Origin: Octopus sinensis
Lineage: Eukaryota
DNA length: 64,000 nucleotides
Assembly (NCBI RefSeq): GCF_006345805.1
Contig: NC_043014.1
Location: 36,084,001 to 36,148,000 of the forward strand
Reading direction: 5' to 3'
Part shown: one piece after another, positions 38,044-49,201 of the stretch
How the letters are laid out: every line of letters starts with the position of its first letter
How positions within the stretch are numbered: position 1 is the first letter of the stretch
The notes under the pieces: generated by a model
Told to the model about the DNA's origin: nothing
Seen by the model: the letters and a program-made list of their open reading frames with translations, nothing else
Database searches by the model: none
Position numbers and translations under genes: made by a program

Positions 38044-38461
38044 GGATCTTTTCGGTTTGAACGGCAGTATTTTAAAATAATTTCCACGTAACTAAACACT
38101 TTTAAACTTCGTATACTGGTAGAATGTGTTTACAAAACAACTTTTTCTGTTGGCTTTATTGAGAAAATTCTATAGTTTGTGAGATATTTGTTGTTTTTTT
38201 TCTTCAATTTCTGCAATTTCAACCAATCAGTGACGTCTATTGGGGTGAAAACATTCTGTGCCGTATGAATCTGTCCCTCGTTTAAGAAACCGATTGGGTT
38301 TATTTACATTTGTGAAGAAAAAAAGATACCCTTCCCTCCAACCCTAACCCTAACCCTAAAACAGATTGAAATGCAATAGATCGACACTAGGGTCATAATT
38401 ATGGGTGAGAATTTCATATGACACCGCTAGAAAAAAACTGCCGTTCAAACCGAAAAGATCC
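38044..38461. mobile_element. GGATCTTTTC-TIR MITE (Merlin- or hAT-type, 8-bp TSD)
   Basis: TIR GGATCTTTTCGGTTTGAACGGCAG; perfect TSD TCTTTATT at 38036-43 and 38462-69. Confidence 0.9.
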
Positions 38462-38658
38462 TCTTTATTTACTGTTATATAGAAAGTGCCTCTCTCTTCA
38501 TCAGTTATCCTACTCTTTGATCTAGCATTCCAGTGATCGGTTATGAGTTCTTATTCTGTCCACAAAATTATTTTATAAACAAAAATACTTGAAAATATTC
38601 GTGTCTGTATGCATACATACATACGTACATGCCTACATATATTAAGATCACATACATT

Positions 38659-39075
38659 AAGGCGGCGTGCTGGCAGAAACGTTAGCACGCCGGGCGAAAT
38701 GCTTAGTGGTATTTCGTCTGTCGTTACGTTCTGAGTTCAAATTCCGCCGAGGTCGACTTTGCCTTTCATCCTTTCGGGGTCGATAAATTAAGTACCAGTT
38801 ACGCACTGGGGTCGATGTAATCGACTTAATACCTATGTCTGTCCTTGTTTGTCCCCTCTGTGTTTAGCCCCTTGTGGATAATAAAGAAATAGGTATTTCG
38901 TCTGTCGTTACGTTCTGAGTTCGAATTCCGCCGAGGTCGACTTTGCCTTTCATCCTTTCGGGGTCAATAAATAAAGTACCAGTTTCGCACTGGGGTCGAT
39001 ATAATCGACTTAATCCGTTTGTCTGTCCTTGTTTGTCCTCTCTATGTTTAGCCCCTTGTGGGTAGTAAAGAAATA
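38659..39075 (+). mobile_element. SINE A dimer
   Basis: Full head at 38659; junction GAAATAGGTATTTC at 38886-38899. Confidence 0.9.
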
Positions 39076-39419
39076 TATATACATACATTCACGCGCGCAC
39101 GTATATGATAGTGGGTTCGATACTCAGACCGAGCGGCGCGTTGCGTTTTTGAGCAAAATACTTCATTTCACGTTGGTCCATTGGGGAATGTTGGCCTGCT
39201 CACCTAGCCAGTGGAGTGGCATCATTCAAAGGCTAAAATGATGCAAAAGAGGATTGTGACCAGCGATGTGTAACAACACCTGATAATCTGGTCGGCCACA
39301 TGATCACGTGACACACACACATCCTACTCTTCTATGGGTACAAGGCCTGAAATTTGGGAACAGGGGTTAGTTGATTATATCATTACAATGCTCAACTGGA
39401 TAATCTTCATTGCAAGGAC

Positions 39420-39610
39420 TCTTATATAGCAGAACAAGTTGATGTCAGTCCCACTCTAGCAACATGCCAAAAACCAACATAGAGGCACACTGGGTCAACT
39501 TGACATCCGCATTTTATCCAAGCACCTGAAGGACCCAAAACTCAGACAAATACAGGAGTACATCCTCATAAATGAAACATCATCAGTACTAAATAGAAAA
39601 TATACGTAGG
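39420..39610 (+). mobile_element. Penelope-like GIY-YIG remnant
   Basis: SYIAE...LDIRILSKHLKDPKLRQIQEYILINETSSVLNRK parallels the 16530-16800 region. Confidence 0.55.
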
Positions 39611-39680
39611 AGGTAGTCATACCCCAATACCCACAGTTTATATATACACAGGTAGAGTTGTTGGTAGACTGTTATGTAGA

Positions 39681-39750
<70 letters not shown>

Positions 39751-39767
39751 TGTGTCCACCCCACCAT

Positions 39768-41012
39768 CAGGCATTGTCAAAAATGCATTGCAGAGCTTGC
39801 AATAAATTTATTTCGTTGCAATGAATTTATTGCATTTTATTTTTTTTTTGCAATAAATTAATTGCAATTTTCTTTCATCGCAATAAATAATTGCAATAAA
39901 TTGCAATGCTCTTCAGAAAATCCCCTTGTAAAATTTTTACGCACCCAAAAATGTCATTTTTTTTTCAAAAATAACAGTACATTTATAAAGAAAGCTCAAC
40001 TTTCTCAATTTTGATTGATCTATTTCTTTGCTGTCCGAAAGATGTTTGGATCACTTACAATTTTTCTAAAAATTCTTACACCGCCTGCCAGAATGACAAA
40101 ATCGACTACCAATGTGTGATATGAACTAGGATGGAAAAACGTACCTACAACGCTCCCCTTAGGGCCCATACCACCCCAATCAAGACAGAAAAAACGTATG
40201 ATGGGAAAAGGACGGTTTTATACTATTAGCAATTAAAATGAGTATGCATTTAACAATTTACATGAGGGGATTGGATGAAACGATACGCGAAACAAGTTCG
40301 TTATCCCAAAGATGGTCATTTACTCTTAAAAACAGTTGCATCTCCAGATATATGGGTGATAATTGATGTCTTGTATCATCGAAGGCATTCGCTGGTAGAC
40401 TGAAGAACCTTTCAACCAAGTTAGTCGTTGGCAAAATGAATGCTTGGCAGAAACGTTAGCATGCCGGGCGAAATGCGTAGCCGTATTTCGTCTGTCGTTA
40501 CGTTCCGAGTTCAAATTCCGCCGAGGTCGACTTTGCCTTTCATCCTCTCGGGGTCGATATATTAAGTACCAGTTACGCACTGGGGTCGATATAATCGACT
40601 TAATCCCTTTGTTTTGTCCCCTCTGTGTTTAGCCCCTTGTGGGTAGTAAAGAAATGAATATAACGTGGTTGGCTAGCACCCGTCTCGCTTCGACGCTTTT
40701 TGAGGACATTGCAAGCGAAGTTGTCCGATTCATCGTCCAAAACCGTTTCTTGTTCTGGTATATTGGGCAGCTTTAAGGTTACAACAGATTCCTTTTCATC
40801 TGCACCCAGCTGAGTGGCTTTTTGATTTTGTATTTTTACCGAAGACTTCTTGAACAAAGGGAATTGGATTGCAATTAATTGCAATTTTCGCAATAAATTA
40901 TTGCAATAATTGTAGCTTCGCAATAAATTACTGCAATTGAAAAGAGCTTAGCAGTAAATTTATTGCAATTATTGCAATCAATTTTTGACCAATTAATTTT
41001 TGACAACCCCTG
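39768..41012. mobile_element. Non-autonomous hAT-type element inside a SINE B, itself containing a SINE A
   Basis: TIR CAGG(CA/GG)TTGTCAAAAAT; perfect 8-bp TSD CCCACCAT (39760-67, 41013-20); TTGCAAT arrays at both subtermini. Confidence 0.88.
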
Positions 41013-41419
41013 CCCACCATTGCTTGACAACCGTTGTTAGTGTGTTTACGTCCCCGTAATTTAGCAGTTCGGCAAAAGAGACCGGTAGGATAAGGACTAG
41101 GTTTACAAAGATTAAATTCTTGGTCGATTTGTTCGACTAGAGGCGGTGCTCCTGCGTGGCCACAGTCAAGTGATTGAAACAAATAAAAGAATATATATAC
41201 ACATACACAACGAACTGCGTTCAGTTTCCGTTTACCAAATCCTATCACAAGGCTTTGGTCAACTCGAGGTTATAGTAGAAGACACTCGCCTAAGGTGCCA
41301 CGCAGTAGAATTGAACACGGAACCATGGGACTGGGAAGCAAGCTTCTTAGCACGGTTACGGGTTCAGTCCTACTGCGTTGCACATTGGGCACGCCATAGT
41401 CTACCGTCGTATTTCTATC

Positions 41420-41941
41420 TACCGTAAATCCTCAAATATAGTCCGCCCTTGAGTATAATACGCAGGGGGTTTCTAGGAGGCTGTACCTCTGAAAAACCTA
41501 AACCTTGTGTATAATACGCACCCCTTCTCTTACTTGAGTCGTGCGTAATTAAGCCAGCAGCAACTAGTCGAACAAACACTTCCGCGCATGCGTAATACAA
41601 TAATGATGTTCTTAATTGTTTAATAGGAATGTAAATATGTTTGCAAATTGTTTTTGCTACATGTTATTCAGTGTTCTGAATAATTTTATTTTAATAAATG
41701 TTGCTTACTGCAAGTTATGGGTGATTTTTTTTATGACTTCATTGCTTTCAGGCTTAGCTTAATGTATTTTCGCGCCCGGCACCACAAAATGCATCTGAAT
41801 AAACATCGCCGGACAGCAAATAGAGACTCAAACAATGCTTCGAAAATATTTTTCATTTTTAACCTCGTATATAGCACGCACTAGGGATTTTGACCTTTTA
41901 ATTTTGGGGGAAAAATGCGGATTATACTCGAGGATTTACGG

Positions 41942-41943
<2 letters not shown>
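41420..41943. mobile_element. Shorter copy of the same pogo/Tigger MITE
   Basis: Same TIRs and ends as 9431-10373, internally deleted. Confidence 0.85.
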
Positions 41944-41984
<41 letters not shown>

Positions 41985-42034
41985 GCACATGTCTGTACAT
42001 ACATATACGTGTATGTGTGTGTGTGTGTGCATGG

Positions 42035-42065
<31 letters not shown>

Positions 42066-43253
42066 TGGATGTGTGCGTGCATGCGTGTGCCTATGTGTGT
42101 GAGCGCGCGCATATTCGAAAACGCGTGGCCTAGTGGTTAGGGTGCCCACTCGCCCACGATCGCAGGATCGTGGATTCGATTCCCTCACCGGCGACGCGTT
42201 GTGCTCTTGAGCAAAACACTCCATTACAGGCTGATCCGGAGCACTCCGGCGTTCCGTTCATTGAATATGTTAAACTGTCCGCCTAGCCAGCAGGGTGGTA
42301 TCGTTCGAAAGCTGCAACAACGTGCATAAGGGCGAGAGGTTGCGAATCTGAAAATTTACCGTTGTGTTTTCTCCCTAAGTATATGGGTACCTAAAACAAT
42401 TTCCGAAGGCTTAATCTCACAAGCTGTTAAATATGCCAACATCGACTGCGAGAGTTCAGCAATAGGATCTTTTCTAAAAGAAGGCCAGATTTTTCTAGTT
42501 TATTTATTTATTGCATTTTATTTTTTTTTTGCAATAAATTAATTGCAATTTGAAACTTCGTATACTGGTAGAATGTGTCAAAAGAAAACATAATTGTAAA
42601 CCAAAATGAAAACGGAAAGATCCCAGCAATAGTTATTTCTTTACTACCCACAAGGGGCTAAACATAAAGAGAGGACAAACAAGGACAGACAAACGGATTA
42701 AGTCGGTTATATCGACCCAGTGCGTAACTGGTACTTAATTTATCGACCCCGAAAGGATGAAAGGTAGAGTCGACCTCGGCGGAATTTGAACTCAGAACGT
42801 AATGCCAGACGAAATACGGCTCCGCTTTTCGCCCGGCGTACTAACGTTTCTGCCAGCTCGCCGCCTTAGTATAGTATAGTATAAGCAATAGTATCGAACA
42901 GGGGCCTAACAAATTAAAGCACTCAGCCATCCTAACGTCATAATAACATACACCCCCAACCACCACATGTATGTGTGTGTGTGCGTGAACAGACAGACAA
43001 GTATTTATTGATATAAGCGAATAGAAAACAAGATGTGAGATAATAATAGATTGAGAGGAGAAACGAAGGAACGGTGAGACGCCTGTTCCGTAAGTCTTGG
43101 CCTATCACAAACGATAATTTGCTGATTAACATTATATAATAGGAGAATTAGGTGACAGTGTAAACATTATCTGAAATACAGCCGTCACATCAACTACTAC
43201 CGCAAACAGCAGCGTGTAATTAACATTCACCATCGTAAGCTATTCTCCGTAGT

Positions 43254-43304
43254 ATGGCTAACGACTTTTGGGAGCAGTTATGTGGCGATTCTTCACAATT
43301 TTGG
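43254..43304 (+). CDS. ABCC1: ABCC/MRP1-like transporter, coding exon 1 (MANDFWEQLCGDSSQFW)
   Basis: ATG at 43254, 17 codons ending TGG|gtaagt (GT 43305). Resembles human ABCC1 exon 1 (MALRGFCSADGSDPLW|) in length, the Cys and terminal Trp, and phase 0. The symbol means ABCC1-like; exact orthology among ABCC1/2/3/6 is not resolvable here. Confidence 0.85.
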
Positions 43305-44883
43305 GTAAGTGTCATTTATATTTTAGATGCTCACGTACTGCTAAACAGCCTAAGAGAGCCATTCATAATTTAATAAATCGGATTTTATGTAAATAGAATA
43401 GAGTTTGTCAGCTCCGAAGAATGAATTTGTGACGTGCAAAACAACCCATTCATATAATAATAATAATAATAATAATTGTGTACAGTGCTCAGGTGCACGT
43501 ATTTATTTTGTGTAGACTATACTAAATTGAAGCTTATGTCAACTTTTGAAGTATTTTTTATTGTCATACTTTGAATTGAATGAATAAATATAATTCTTTA
43601 AGCCATCCGATCATCTGAATGAATATGCATTTATTAAATTACATATTTTTCTTACTAACCTGCCTATTTTATTTGCCCGACGTCCGTTCAAGTTTTCGAT
43701 GCTTGAAATTTTTGTGAAATGGTTTAATCGCGGTTATTGCCCTTGGTTGTGTTTATTTTTTTCTTCTAAATTTATTTTGCGAAGTTATGGGGTTGTTAAA
43801 ATGTTCGGATAGAATTTCTTGCGATGTTAATTCATTCTGGTTTTGTTTGCGATCTTTGAGTTCAAACCCTGCCGAGCTTAATTTCGGAGTTAACAAAAGT
43901 ACAGGTTTCTGGAGGTAGATTAGTGAGATAGATGTATCGGTCGAGGTTTTTTTTTTTTTTTTCAGCTGTGTTTAAATTCTGCTTAGGTGTGACGATATTC
44001 AGGCCTTTTCACCCCACCCACAGTAGCACCCTGTCCAAAACACAGTTGGCCAACCTGGACAGCCAGTTTTATAACCACCATAGACGACATGCTGAATATT
44101 TATTCCTCAATAGATCGACAGCGGCTGAATTGAACTGTATATAGGGATAATTCTAAGGATCATTTAAGTAGATGTGTATCAAATTTTAGATATACATTTT
44201 GAAAATTTCACCGAAACTTAATCAAATTTTATTTTTTATTTAATATACTATAATCGCGTTTTCTACGTTCTTTAACGTCAGGTTTGAGCTAGAAGCAGAG
44301 CTTTATAAAAACCTGCTTCAGCCGCCACCATCCTGGCTTCCTGTATATATCTTGTGCAACATCAAGTGTATCTACCTTTAATGAAATCTGTCGGGTATGA
44401 GTTGAAGAAACTCTGCTGCTATTTCTAGTTAGTCGAGTAACTGCGCAAAAGCTCAATTTGCGTAAATGTATCTTCTAACGAAACCATGGGACAGACCTGG
44501 TGCGGTCCTTCGCATTTTAGTAAGCAGTAATCTAATTAGAACTACGGCAACAAATTTCCATTAACTGTCTAAATTACCTGCACAAGAATCCTGCGAAGTT
44601 TTGAGACTGCTCAGTAGTGGGTTCCACTCACATTTTATAAGGCTTAATTAAAACTTGAATCTCGGCGAAGCAAAAGTTTTTGGTCTAGTTTTAATTTACA
44701 ATTTATTCAATTCTATCTTATTTAAATCATATCTTTCAAACCAATAGCATTTAAAATTATCTACATTTACTCATCACATTGGTTCTGCGTAGTTTCATCC
44801 ATGTTAAATTACGTATAATTACTTTCATTCTACATATCAAAGAATTTTTGGGGCAGTTAATTTTAAAAGTTATTTTCAGCTTC

Positions 44884-44971
44884 GGGAAATCCCATTCACT
44901 TCATAATTGAAGTGCATGCTAATTATGTTGGGAATTAAATTGGAATTTCTATGATTTTGTCGGGACTTTCC
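44884..44971 (+). promoter_or_regulatory. Two NF-kB consensus decamers in ABCC intron 1
   Basis: GGGAAATCCC (44884-93) and GGGACTTTCC (44962-71) both fit GGGRNWYYCC. Function is untested. Confidence 0.4.
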
Positions 44972-46232
44972 CAAAGTTCATTTTTTATTCCACATTCCAA
45001 AACTATAGGGATGGAAAGAAATTTTTTTAAAAACAAAAACAAAAAATAATCCATAGCCGAAGATGTGGCAGCGTGGTAAGAAGCTTGTATTACAAGTATT
45101 GCACCATCGTTTTGTACTGTTGCATCGTCTTCAGGAATAAAAATTGGTCAGATAAGTTGATGAAGTTGAGAGGTTGAAACATAGGTGACAAGTATATATA
45201 CTCTCTTACTTGTTTCAGTCATTTGACTGTGGCCATGCTGGAGCACCGCTTTTAGTCGAGCAAGTCGACCCCAGGACTTATTCTTTGTAAGTCTAGTACT
45301 TATTCTATCGGTCTCTTTTGCCGAACCGCTAAGTTACGGGGATATGAACACACCAGCATTGGTTGTCAAGCGATGTTGGGGGGGGGGGGGGACAAACACA
45401 AACACACACACACACACATACATACATACATATATACTATGGGCTTCTTTCAGTTTCCGTCTACCAAATCCACTCACAAGGATTTGGTCGGCCCAAGGTG
45501 CCACGCAGTGGGAATGAACCTGGAACCATGTGGTTGGTAAGCAAGCTACTTACTACACAGTCACTCCTGCCCCACTTAAAGATCATGTATTTAAAAATGA
45601 TCATTTAAAATGTGGGATCACAAAATTGTTTGGGAAAATCCTATGACAGAAATTCCAACCTATGTTGGACTTTTCTCATGTCATGTACTTATTTTTCAAT
45701 CTATGTTTTGCTAAGTGCTCACAGTTTTAAAAAATCTGACACTGGTTTAACATAAGCATAAACTTATTCATGTACATAATACACATTCTCCATTCCATCA
45801 CTACCAAGCCTTTATTCTCTTATAAATTCCTGAAACTGCCTTTCTGATTTGTTTGAAATATTTTTTTTCAATAATGTTTTGAAATGTAGATATTTTATCG
45901 AGAGTGTAGATTAAAATAGTGTTGATAACCGTAACGAAAAAGATAAAAAAAAAATCTTTTTTATCATTCTCTTGCCCACTCTTAATTGTTACATAATAAT
46001 AGCGAAAATGATGATAATGATAGTGGTTTCACATTTTGGCAGAAAGTCAGTAATTTTGGGTGGAGGTAAGTCAGTTACAGCGACCTCGGTGTGCTCAGCT
46101 GGTGCTTATTTTACAGACCATGAAAGGATGGAAAGCAAAGTCGACCCTGGCAACATTTGAACAGAGAACATAAAGAGGGACGAAATGCCGCTAAAACATT
46201 TTACTCAACTGATTCTGCCAGCTTGCTGCCTT

Positions 46233-46600
46233 ACTACTACTACTACTACTACTGCTGCTACTACTAACTACTACTACTACTATTACTACTACTACTATTA
46301 CTACTACTACTATTACTATTACTACTATTACTATTACTAGTATTACTATTACTACTATTACTAGTATTACTACTACTACTATTATTACTAACTACTACTA
46401 CTACTGCTACTACTACTATTACTAACTGCCACTACTACTATTACTACTATTACTAGTATTACTATTACTACTACTAGTATTACTACTACTACTACTATTA
46501 CTAACTACTACTACTACTATTACTAACTACCACTACTACTATTACTACTACTATTACTATTACTAGTATTACTACTACTACTATTACTAACTACTACTAC
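46233..46600. repeat. (ACT/ATT)n tract in ABCC intron 1
   Basis: Direct reading. Confidence 0.95.
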
Positions 46601-47039
46601 ATATGTTGATGGTGATAGTACTACTAATAATGATGATAATTCTACTACTAATGTTGATAGTGACAATACTAATTATAATGATACTACTACTACTACTTAT
46701 GATGATGATGATGATGACAATGATAATTATAATTTTGCTTATCACAGAAATTTTCTTGTAAAGATAAGCAGATAACACTGACTGAGAAGACCAATGAGGA
46801 TTTTTGCCAATATTTTTTTTCCAGATTCGTAATCTCAAAAATACCCAAAAAAAAAAAAAAAAATTTTAGGGGGTGGGGGGTGGCAAAAGGAAGTCTTGCC
46901 TATGGTTGTAGCAATAATAGACATTTATTGTTAAATATTCCATTTGAGTGGAATTTACATTGAATAGAATAACTGAGTTGCAATGGAGCTGACACTGAAT
47001 TTTAAGTTTAATTATACGAATAACAATACTTTGTATGCT

Positions 47040-47360
47040 TGGTATTGTCTGTATCTGTGTCTGTATGTCTACATATGTATGTGTGTGTATGTATGTGTGT
47101 GCGTGTATATATGTATGTGTATACATGTATGTGTGTGTGTGTGTATGTAGTGTGTGCGTGTATATATGTATGTGTATACATGTATGTGTGTGTGTGTGTA
47201 TGTATGTGTGTGCATGTATATATGTATGTGTATACATGTGTGTGTATGTATGTGTGCGTGTGTATGTGTGTGTTTATGCATGTGTATGTATGTATATGTA
47301 TGTATGTGTGTATATATATGTGTGTATACATGTGTATATATATGTGTGTGTATGTGTATG
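47040..47360. repeat. Degenerate (GT/AT)n tract
   Basis: Direct reading. Confidence 0.9.
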
Positions 47361-49012
47361 TTTATCATCATCATTGTTTAGTGTCCGTTTTCCATGCTGG
47401 CATGGATTGGACGGTGCAACTGGGGTCTGGGAAGCCAGAAGGCTGCACCAGGCCCAGTCTGAATTGGCAATGTTTCTACGGCTAGATGCCCTTCATGTGT
47501 ATTTATGTGTATGTATGTATATACATGTGTATACACATACTACCTTATGTCTCTCTCTTATACTATACACATACTATCTTATATCTCTCTCCACCCCTAC
47601 ACACTCAATAATACTATAAAAAGAGACAAAATCTCCTGAAAAATTCAATCTGAAGACTCCAATAGAGTGGACGCAAGCACTAATATATGATTTATAAAAA
47701 CATGTGACATATTAATAAATATCTGTAAATATAAAACCATTCAGATTTCTGAGTACCTTATTTCTTCTAATATACACAAATATATATGTATGTGTGTATG
47801 TTTATATATACAAATATATATATATATTTATAGCCAGTACCGCAGGCCGTAGCCAGTACCGCAGGGCCGTAGCCAGTACCGCATTGACTGGCCTCCGTGC
47901 TGGTGGCACATAAAAAACACCATCCGAGCGTGGCCGTTCGCCAGCCTCGTCTGGCACCTGTGTCGGTGGCACATAAAATCACCCACTACACTCTCGGAGT
48001 GGTTGGCGTTAGGAAGGGCATCCAGCTGTAGAAACACTGCCAGATCTGACTGGCCTGGTGCAGGCTTCGGGCTTCCCAGACCCCAGTTGAACTTTCCAAC
48101 CCATGCTAGCATGGAAAGCGGACGTTAAACGATGATGATGATGATGATGATGTATATATGTGTGTGCATGTATATAAATATATGTGTATATCTGTGTGTG
48201 TATACATAACTGTCCTCATTCATCCACATCCCATAACAACACCAGAGCCATCTCATCTCTTGCACACTGCATATAATTCCTCTTGTAGAATTTATTTTGA
48301 GAATGCAAATGTGGTATATAAGTAATTTTGAAGTATAATATGTCAAGAAATTAAATACTAAATACAAAAATTGTATGCAAAAAAAAAAAAGAATAATAAA
48401 TTGTGATTGTTATTGTTACATTGTATCAATATCCTCATCAATTAAAGGCAATATTTAATGCAGAATAATTATTTCCTGAACTGTTTTCATATTTTGTTAT
48501 TTGCGGAAAGGATTACAATACATATTAAACATCATCTATCAAAACACTCAAAATTTTATTCAAGCCTGTATGGTTAAGAATCATTGATTGTAGTGACTGT
48601 TGGCCACAATAATAGTCCATGGATGTGTGATTGGTTTCATTATGGGCAAATTGTGGTTACATGTCCTGCAGCTGCATGTGGGCCATCTGGGGTTAGGATG
48701 GTCTTCCCAGGTTATCAACAGATAATTATTTGAAGTTCATTAAAAGTGGGCCTGTCTTTGGTGACAGCAGTAGAGCAGACCAGTTTTTCTGTTGATTGAT
48801 ACAGCTGGCAACTACAGTATATGAAGTTTCTCACAACATCAAAGTTGATAGTTACAAACTCCAGGTAAGTATATAATTGAATGAATAACTGTAATATATC
48901 ATCTAAACAATATTATACAAAAAATGATGATCAAAGTGATGTTACTTCATGCACCTTTATGTAATGACATTTCCAAACATTTTTAGTGTATCTTCTCTCT
49001 TTATCTTTCCAG

Positions 49013-49201
49013 AACGAATCTTTACTATGGGGAAATGAACCAGGAAGCTGGCCCCAGTTTACAGACTGTTTTCAGAACACAGTGTTAATATGGATACCTA
49101 CATTATTTCTCTGGATAATAACACCATTTTATGCTGTTGCTTTAAGTCAACAAAATGGCAGGCCGCCACGACCTATGACAAAGAAAGCAGTGTTTCAACT
49201 A
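49013..49201 (+). CDS. ABCC1: ABCC/MRP1-like exon 2 (NESLLWGNEPGSWPQFTDCFQNTVLIWIPTLFLW...MTKKAVFQL)
   Basis: Pyrimidine tract + ccAG (49011-12), 63 codons, donor gtaagt at 49202. P-x-FT-x-CFQNTVL-x-W-x-P matches the MRP1 TMD0 start (PDFTKCFQNTVLVWVP). N-E-S is an N-glycosylation sequon. Confidence 0.95.

Noticed and set aside
43205-44620. Isolated XRE (GCGTG), CRE-like and ARE-like matches near the ABCC promoter
   Set aside because: Short or imperfect matches expected by chance.
48821-48864. ATG at 48821 as the ABCC start
   Set aside because: Phase 2 at the donor is incompatible with phase-0 exon 2; exon 43254-43304 fits the family far better.
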